Source of the DNA: an uncultured Pseudomonadota bacterium
GTDB lineage: Bacteria > Pseudomonadota > Alphaproteobacteria > Acetobacterales > Acetobacteraceae
DNA length: 64,000 nucleotides
Direction: 5' to 3'
Assembly (NCBI GenBank): GCA_963778105.1
Contig: CAVZSZ010000004.1
Location: forward strand, 18,893 to 82,892
Part shown: in pieces, positions 57,635 to 64,000 of the stretch
Layout of the letters: each line of letters begins with the position of its first letter
Position numbering within the stretch: the first letter of the stretch is position 1
Translations under genes and position numbers: made by a program
Notes under the pieces: model-generated
Told to the model about the DNA's origin: nothing
Databases searched by the model: none
The model's input: the letters and a program-made list of their open reading frames with translations, nothing else

Positions 57635-60600
57635 TCAGCCTAGCTCTCGCCAGATGCCGCGATCCGAGCTACTCCATGTCAGGCTTATGCCCATCTCCGC
57701 GTAGAAATGCTGCTTCCATTTATTCTGAATATAGAGCGGCTTACCGGCAAGATACTGTCGCAGCGGCAGTCCGTCGGTCCCCGGAAGCCCGTCCGGCGCA
57801 TCGTGTGAGGCGTACTGCTTGCCGAAGAGCACGCCAAGCCGGTTGTTGACCGTAGCCGCGGTCAGAGCCAAGTTGCCCGAGGAATTGGCGCCCCCAGCCG
57901 ACTGTTCGATGATATGCTCCCACTGAAATCCCGGCGCGTTGAATTGCGCCTTGTGGTGCCGGTAATTGAGCACGATCCGCGCGACGTCAAAGGACGCCCA
58001 GCTCTGTTCTTTGTTGTACTCTATGATCTCGTCCTCCGGTATCTTGACCTGCGATACGTTCCCCTTCTTCCAGGTCTTCTCGTGATCGGCGATCCTGAAC
58101 GTGCCGATGCGCGGGACCGCCAGATTAGAGGATTTCCAAGTGAAGGAGCCTTTTGACGCATCCAGCGCCGCGACGCTGCCCGGCACCCATTTTTCCTTAT
58201 CCAGATCCAGCCAGCGCGGATCCTTGTATTTTCCCAGCACGACGTCGCCGACGGCCAGTTGCGAGGGGTCGAATTTGCGCTTCTTCGTGGCGCGCTCGGG
58301 ATTGATGACGACAATGATGTCGTAGTCGTCGCCGTCATGCTCCAGACCAATGCGAGTCAGCTGATACTTGTTCTTGATTGCCGGCAGGCCCGCTTGAATG
58401 GCCGCAACGGTTGCAGACGGGTCATCGATCAACTGCTGGGCATCGCTCTGGGCCGCCGCGACCGCCGTCTCCTTCTGCTGAGGCGTTCGCTCGTCCTTCT
58501 TGTCTTCTGTACGGAACAATCTGCCGAGCAGCGCCTTCGCCTTGCCCACGATCCATGCGACCGCCGCGTCCAGCGCCTTGTCGATCACGCCGCGAACCTT
58601 CTCGACCACCGCCTTGATCTTATCGGCAATGCCGCCCAGGCCAAGGAAGCCGGCCAGAAGGCCGATCGCCAGGGACAGCACGCTGGCCAGCGCGCGCTCC
58701 ACCCGCGCCGCCGCGCCGGCGACCTGGCCGGCCGCGATCGCCACGATCGAGTCGATGAACGCCGTCACCGCCGCGACGATCTTCGATAGCCGCTCGATGA
58801 AGGCCTTGATCGTGTCGTAGATCGAAATGATGGCCGAGATGAACCCGGCGCCCGGGATGAACATCGCCAGCAGCTTCGGGATCGCCTTCTTGACGATGGT
58901 GTCCACGACGAAGCCGATGATGCCGCCGACCACCATGTCCTTCAGGCCGATCAGCTTGTCCTTGACGATCTCCCACGCCGCGGCCGGGCCGCCCTTCACC
59001 AGTGCCACCACGACATCCAACGTCGTCTCCAGGCCCGACATGATCTTCTCGCCGGTCGGCCCGAGGGCCTTGACGATCCTGCCGCGGATCTGCCCCCAGG
59101 TGACGCTCAGCACACTCAGCGCGAACATGCCCATCTCGGACAGGGAGAAGGCCTTTGGGATGTAGACGCCGGGTAGCGCGCCGGTTAGCCACTCGAGCAG
59201 CCCTGTCTTCAAGTGCACCGCGACGTTGTCGGCGAAATTCGACAGACCGAGCTTCGCCGCCTTGACCAGATGGCCGACGAAGGGCAGCGGGTTCTTCAGG
59301 ATGCTCTTCAGCGCGGCACCGGTCTTCTGGATGTAGCCCCACGCGCCGGGGCTCACGGCATCGAACACGATCTGCAACAGCTTCCAGACCGCATCGGCCG
59401 CCCAGGAAATGAACTTTCCGACGAAATTGCCGAAGGTGCCCAGGACGCGGCCGACGGCACCGGGCAGGTCCAGAAGATCGCTGATCGAGAAGGACTTCAG
59501 CGCATCCAGGAACACGCCCGGCAGCGCAGCGGCGAACGATACCAGCGTCGCCATGGCACCCTTGAACCACGCGAAGGTGCGCGCGATCACGCCCGATTTC
59601 TGAATCTTCTCCCAGACGTCTTCCTGAGCGATCAGCTTCATGAAGCCGCCGATCAGCGCCTCGGCGGTCTGCGGCACTGGATCGCCGGTGATCGGGTTCT
59701 TGCCCAGCAGCGCGATCAGCAGGTTCCAGGCGCGCGTCTTCGATGCGAGCACCGCGAGCGGGCGGATCACCGCGTTCTTGACGAACTGGATTACGCCGTC
59801 GACCAGGGTGTGAATGAACGCGATGATCCGGTCGATCGGCTCGGAGAAGATGCGCTTGGCGCGGTCCCATACGTCGCCCGGATGCAGCGCGTCCCTCCAA
59901 TGCAGCGAATCCACGAACTCCGACACGGCATGGCCAATGGCGGCGCCGGTGATGCCCAGGCTGTCGATTTGCTGGCTGATCCAGTTGCCCGCTTTGTCGA
60001 ACACACCGTACTTGTCTAGCGCCTGTACGATCAGACCGCCACCTGGCATCAGCTCGACCACCGCGCGCAGGATGTTGGCGGCGCTGCGATCCACGCTCGA
60101 CATGTTAACCGGGTTCACTCCGAGCACGATGGTGAACATCCGGAACCCCGGGATCAGGTTCGCCTTGTCGGCGAGGAAATCCAGGATCGTATCGACACCG
60201 AAGCGACGGATCGGGCGGCCGCCGCCTACCGGCCCGCCACGCACGGGATCCGCACGCCCAGTATCGGCACCAATGGTCTCGGATGCACGCGTGGCGGCGC
60301 GGTTCTGCATTACATGCGTCGTCTCGTGCGCCATCAGATGCAGATCATGCTCGCTCTCACCGTGGCCCAGCGTGATGCGGTTTCCCTCGGTGTACGCCCT
60401 GGCGCCGATTGCCGCGGCAGCCGAGCGGGCGGCGGGGCCGGTGTGTACGCGCACCCCGTCCAGCTTCTGCCCGAAGCCGCGCTCCAACCGCGCCTTTATG
60501 GCCGTCGGCAGCGGCCGCGCCACGGCGGATCGCGCAGTCTCGATCCGCCGCGCCGCCTCGGCGCCCGACGGTTCGGCCAAGCCCGTCGGCGTGGCCGCGC

Positions 60601-60940
60601 GGCGGACGCGTCCCGCGGCACCCGGATCGACCACCTCCGGCGCGGCCATGCGGCGCACGCGCACCTCGCCGCCGGGGTCCGCGACGGGGGCCGCCACGGC
60701 GGCGCGCAGATGCGCACCACCCCCCGGATCGCGCACCCGATACTGGCCGCCGGATGCGACGACGCGGCCCGCGCGCTCGGCCTCGCGTTCCTCGGGATCG
60801 TTGACGCCGCCGATGGCAAGGCTCGCCTTCAGATAGCGCGGCGCACCTGCGGCCGCCTTGCGCATCGGCGGGGCGGCGCTGCGCCGCACCTCCGCCGTTT
60901 CCGGCGCGGCCTTCGGGCGCACCTTGGATGCGCCGCTCAT
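57635..60940 (-). CDS. DUF4157 (eCIS-associated, HExxH metallopeptidase-like) domain polymorphic toxin with a long helical/hydrophobic middle region and a distinct C-terminal module
   Basis: LPTAIKARLERGFGQKLDGVRVHTGPAA...AYTEGNRITLG...LMAHETTHVMQ is the DUF4157 core. The start ATG overlaps the ATPase stop (ATGA). The C-terminal about 230 codons are Lys-rich and lower in GC, and contain WEHIIEQS...GNLAL...VNN. Confidence 0.85.
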   Translation of the reverse strand: MSGASKVRPKAAPETAEVRRSAAPPMRKAAAGAPRYLKASLAIGGVNDPEEREAERAGRVVASGGQYRVRDPGGGAHLRAAVAAPVADPGGEVRVRRMAAPEVVDPGAAGRVRRAATPTGLAEPSGAEAARRIETARSAVARPLPTAIKARLERGFGQKLDGVRVHTGPAARSAAAAIGARAYTEGNRITLGHGESEHDLHLMAHETTHVMQNRAATRASETIGADTGRADPVRGGPVGGGRPIRRFGVDTILDFLADKANLIPGFRMFTIVLGVNPVNMSSVDRSAANILRAVVELMPGGGLIVQALDKYGVFDKAGNWISQQIDSLGITGAAIGHAVSEFVDSLHWRDALHPGDVWDRAKRIFSEPIDRIIAFIHTLVDGVIQFVKNAVIRPLAVLASKTRAWNLLIALLGKNPITGDPVPQTAEALIGGFMKLIAQEDVWEKIQKSGVIARTFAWFKGAMATLVSFAAALPGVFLDALKSFSISDLLDLPGAVGRVLGTFGNFVGKFISWAADAVWKLLQIVFDAVSPGAWGYIQKTGAALKSILKNPLPFVGHLVKAAKLGLSNFADNVAVHLKTGLLEWLTGALPGVYIPKAFSLSEMGMFALSVLSVTWGQIRGRIVKALGPTGEKIMSGLETTLDVVVALVKGGPAAAWEIVKDKLIGLKDMVVGGIIGFVVDTIVKKAIPKLLAMFIPGAGFISAIISIYDTIKAFIERLSKIVAAVTAFIDSIVAIAAGQVAGAAARVERALASVLSLAIGLLAGFLGLGGIADKIKAVVEKVRGVIDKALDAAVAWIVGKAKALLGRLFRTEDKKDERTPQQKETAVAAAQSDAQQLIDDPSATVAAIQAGLPAIKNKYQLTRIGLEHDGDDYDIIVVINPERATKKRKFDPSQLAVGDVVLGKYKDPRWLDLDKEKWVPGSVAALDASKGSFTWKSSNLAVPRIGTFRIADHEKTWKKGNVSQVKIPEDEIIEYNKEQSWASFDVARIVLNYRHHKAQFNAPGFQWEHIIEQSAGGANSSGNLALTAATVNNRLGVLFGKQYASHDAPDGLPGTDGLPLRQYLAGKPLYIQNKWKQHFYAEMGISLTWSSSDRGIWRELG

Positions 60941-62859
60941 TCCGCCGCGCGCATCGCCAGTGCCAGGCCGGCGGGCAGGGTGCGACGCAGCTTGGCATAT
61001 TCGCGCTGCAGGGCCGGCGCCAGCGCATCGAGCCCGATCAGCCCATCGCCCGGTGCGGTAGCCGCGGCGGCCAGTACCGCGTTGCGCACGCCGCCGCCGG
61101 CCAGGTCGCAATAGGTCGCAAGCCGTTCCAGCACCGCCTCGCACGGCGCACGAGCGCCCAGATGGCTGCGCCACAGCGCCAACCGCTCCTGATGGCCCGG
61201 CATCGGGAAATCGACGACGTGATCCAGCCGTCGCCAGAACGCGGAATCGATGCGCGCCTTGCTGTTGGCGGTCAGCACGACGATGCCGTTATGCGCCTCC
61301 AGCCGGGTCAGCAGGTAGTTGGTCAGCATGTTGGCGTAGCGCTCGCCGGTCTCCCCTCCGTCGCTGCGGCGGCCGAACAGCGCGTCGGCCTCGTCGAACA
61401 GCAACACCACATCGGCGGCCTCGGCATGATCCAGCAGAAGCCCAAGATTCTTTCGGACTCGCCGATGTATTTGTTCATCACCGCAGCCAGGTCGCAGCGA
61501 TACAGCGGCGCGCCCAGCGCCGTCGCCACATAGGCGGCCGCCATCGTCTTGCCGGTGCCGCTTTCGCCCGCGAACAGGACGCGCACGCCGCGCGTCGCGC
61601 TGGCTTCGAGCGAGGGCCCCAGTCCGTCCCACACCGTCTCCCGCTGACGGCAGCGGGCGATGACGGCGGCCAAATCTGCCGCCAGCGCCGGCCCCGTCAC
61701 CAGTGCCTGTGCGCCGACCCTCCGTGCGACCGGATGCGCCAGCCGCCCCAGCCCGTCGGGAGCCAGCGCCAGCCGTGCTGCGGCGAGATCGGCGTCGGCG
61801 GGCAGCCGCGCCTCCGCCTTCGCCCGCAGCCGGGCCGCGCGGCCAACCACGGCGATGGCGGCGGGATACAGCACGGCGGCCGCCAACGTGGCGTCGCCGA
61901 TCGAGTCCACGGCGTCGCCCAAAGCCGTCCGCCACAGCAGCAGCCGCTCGGACAGCACCGGCGGGACCATCGCAAGCTCGATCAGCCGGTCACCCTCGAC
62001 GGCAGTGTGCGTCCCCGCCAGCACGGCGACTGGCAGCCCGGCGCCCACCGCCGCCGCCTCGCCCGCGATCGGGGACAGACGCAGCACCGGCAGCCATCCC
62101 GCCGCGCGACAGGCGGTGGCGAAGCCGCGATCGTCGCGCAGCACCGCGGGCGGGGTCTCGATGGCGGTCAAGTGCAGCGCGCGCGCCAGCGCCACCGCCG
62201 TTGCGGAGCGGTCCGATCCGGGCGGTCCGCGCAGCACCACCCCGCCCGCTTGCCCCGCCGCGATGGCCTGCGCCGCCGCCGCGACCGCGGGCGCCGGACG
62301 AGCCTCGCTGAGGGAAAGACCCACACAGCCCGGCCAGGCCGCCGGGCCCCCCGCTGAGTACGCGCCACAGCGGCAGGCGCAGCGCCAGCACGCGCTGGGG
62401 CAGCGCATCCTCGCCCTCCAGGGTCAGCAGGCCGCAATCGATCAGCGGGCCGGTGGCCAGCGCCAGCGCGTCCCCCAACGCATCGCCGAGTTCATCTCCG
62501 AACAGCGCCTCAGCCATGTCGAGCGCCAGATGCACCGTTGGGCGCGACGCGGTCTGTGGCGCCTGCAGGGCCGCCACCGCCAGCGCCACCTCGCGCCGCC
62601 GTTCGCAGGCGACCGCCAGTGCCAGCAGGAAACGTTCGGCCGGATCACCCAACGCCGATAGCCGGCGCAGCGGGCCGTTGCCCGAGGCCCAGCCGCGGTC
62701 CAGCGCCGCGCGCTGCGCCGGCCAGTCGAACCCCGCCAGCCCCGCCTTCCGCGCCGCTGCCTCGCCGTCGCGCCGTGCCAGCAACAGCGCGGGCTCGGCG
62801 TCGTCGATCGCGCATAAATAGCGTGACAGCCCCAACCGCGCCGTCACGTCCAGGATCAT
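60937..62859 (-). pseudogene. eCIS-type AAA+ ATPase (Afp15/Pvc15-like), two frameshifts at homopolymer runs as assembled
   Basis: Walker A VLFAGESGTGKT, Walker B VVLLFDEADALF, then GIVVLTANS...ID.AF.RRLD. The frame is lost at the C6 run 62347-62352 and the T3 run 61451-61453 (plus-strand coordinates). Confidence 0.8.
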
Positions 62860-62885
62860 CGGCAGCGCTGCCGGCGCGGACGCGC

Positions 62886-64000
62886 TCACAGCGCCCGCCG
62901 CTGATGCGTGGGCATGGAGGGGTAGTGGAACGCCACCACCCGCCCCAGCCATGCCACCCACCCCGGATCAAGGTCCAGGCCCGCCAGCCGCACCGCAAGA
63001 TCGACGCCGCCTGCCTCCATATCGAGGTCGAGATGCGTCTCCGTCGCGCGCAGCCGACCGAGCTGTACCAGCGGTAGCGGCCGGGGTCCGTCTGCCGCAT
63101 ACAGCGCCTCGATGCCGGCCAGCAGCACGCCCAGCAATAAGGGCGGCATCGCCGTCTCCAGGTCCTGTTCAGCGAGATATTGCGCCAGCGGCTCATTCGC
63201 CGGCAGGCCCAGCGCCGAGCCGACCTCCAGCAGCACGCGCCATCCGGTCGGCGCCGCGTCGCCCATCGCCGTCAGCAGGGCCTCGATGTCCACCCGCTGC
63301 AGCGCGTTGATCAGGAACAGCACTCCGCCCCAGCCGGTCGCCACCATCCGTCCATGCGGTTCGACGCGGCGACCCGGGCCATCATCGTCCGCCATGACCC
63401 CTGGCGCGTCCGCGACGTCGGATCCGCCGGACACGGACAGTACGCCCCGCGTTTTGCCCGACCCAGGCGGCTCGTGCGCCGGCGGCAGCGTGGGCGGCAG
63501 CCTATCGTGGGCAGCGCTAACGCCGGCTATCCGTGCCAGCAGCGCAGGCCACGCCGGACTGGCGGGCGCGCGCAGCGTCACGGGCGACCAGCGCAAAAGC
63601 GCCAGCACCGCTGCCGTCCGCACCGCCTCGGCGCCCGGCGCCAGCGTGGCCAGGGCCGGCGCCCAGAAGACGGCCGCCCGCGCCAGCAGCACGACCAAGC
63701 CGGCCTCTGACGGCACGGCTACCGGCGTGACGCCGACCGGCCAAGCCGGCAACGCCACACCTGCCGCCTGCGCCAGCGCCTGCCCCAGCCGAGCCGCCGC
63801 AGCATCAGGCATCGTCCGCCACGCCGCCGCCAGCAGACCCTGCGCCGCCAGCGCGGCGACCGCCGAACCGGCCTCCTGCGGATGCGCGGTCAGCAGCGCT
63901 GCCACCGCCTCCCCCGGCGTCGCGAGGCGCGGCAGTCCCAGGGTGCGCCAGTGCCAGCCGCTCAGGCCGCCCGCGGCCGCGGCCCGCGCGCAGGCCACCG
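62886..64000 (-). CDS. eCIS accessory protein, possibly tape-measure (Afp14/Cis14-like); 5' end outside window
   Basis: Ala/Leu-rich with TGWGGVLFLINALQ and a conserved-looking C-terminus. Sits directly upstream of the ATPase, as afp14 does. The assignment is an inference. Confidence 0.45.
   Translation of the reverse strand, partial: VACARAAAAGGLSGWHWRTLGLPRLATPGEAVAALLTAHPQEAGSAVAALAAQGLLAAAWRTMPDAAAARLGQALAQAAGVALPAWPVGVTPVAVPSEAGLVVLLARAAVFWAPALATLAPGAEAVRTAAVLALLRWSPVTLRAPASPAWPALLARIAGVSAAHDRLPPTLPPAHEPPGSGKTRGVLSVSGGSDVADAPGVMADDDGPGRRVEPHGRMVATGWGGVLFLINALQRVDIEALLTAMGDAAPTGWRVLLEVGSALGLPANEPLAQYLAEQDLETAMPPLLLGVLLAGIEALYAADGPRPLPLVQLGRLRATETHLDLDMEAGGVDLAVRLAGLDLDPGWVAWLGRVVAFHYPSMPTHQRRAL

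Noticed and set aside
1-64000. Search for tRNA, rRNA, CRISPR arrays and tandem repeats
   Set aside because: I found no cloverleaf-compatible sequence with a GTTCGAATC-type T-arm outside the operator palindromes. There are no rRNA-like stretches and no regularly spaced direct repeats.

Overview
High-GC (about 65-68%) segment. The GAAC-N7-GAAC LexA box and an imuA-imuB-dnaE2 cassette point to an alphaproteobacterium. No rRNA, tRNA or CRISPR array was seen. It reads as an accessory, IS-scarred chromosomal region made of separate modules.

(1) 1-8.7 kb: a LacI-controlled cluster. It holds a sugar-type ABC importer, a bicupin and three paralogous double SnoaL/NTF2 proteins. Each promoter region carries the palindrome TGCATTCGAATGCA.

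(2) 8.7-15.6 kb: decayed genes. A 4.4 kb composite element bounded by two inverted, near-identical IS5/IS427-group copies sits in an HtrA/DegP remnant.

(3) 15.8-20.2 kb: a flavoprotein disulfide reductase and a patatin / acetoacetate decarboxylase / 3-hydroxybutyrate dehydrogenase trio.

(4) 20.6-26.8 kb: a LysR regulator, a PRC-barrel protein, a Mo-oxidoreductase with cytochrome b, and a DoxX-DoxX-NDH-2 fusion with a DoxD-like partner.

(5) 27.8-36.7 kb: a detox-like island. It has three alpha/beta hydrolase paralogs (one frameshifted), NTF2-like proteins, DUF1348, a frameshifted azoreductase, MOSC, MFS and LysR genes.

(6) 36.7-41.0 kb: nested IS66 / ISL3 / IS110 wreckage.

(7) 41.0-46.8 kb: the SOS mutagenesis cassette imuA-imuB-(small ORF)-dnaE2 with a LexA box.

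(8) 47.4-53.3 kb: a CoA-transferase / Lin0512 x2 / SnoaL operon, divergent from acyl-CoA synthetase and ThDP-enzyme genes.

(9) 53.3-57.6 kb: an orphan ORF, a SnoaL-gene remnant, and a tightly coupled four-gene operon ending in a GlcNAc-transferase-family gene.

(10) 57.6-64.0 kb: the distal end of an extracellular contractile injection system (eCIS)-like locus on the minus strand. It contains a partial tape-measure-like gene, an Afp15-like AAA+ ATPase (two frameshifts) and a 1101-aa DUF4157 polymorphic toxin.

At least a dozen reading-frame breaks occur in otherwise recognisable genes. This reflects either real gene decay or indel errors in the assembly. All family assignments come from reading motifs by eye; no searches were run.
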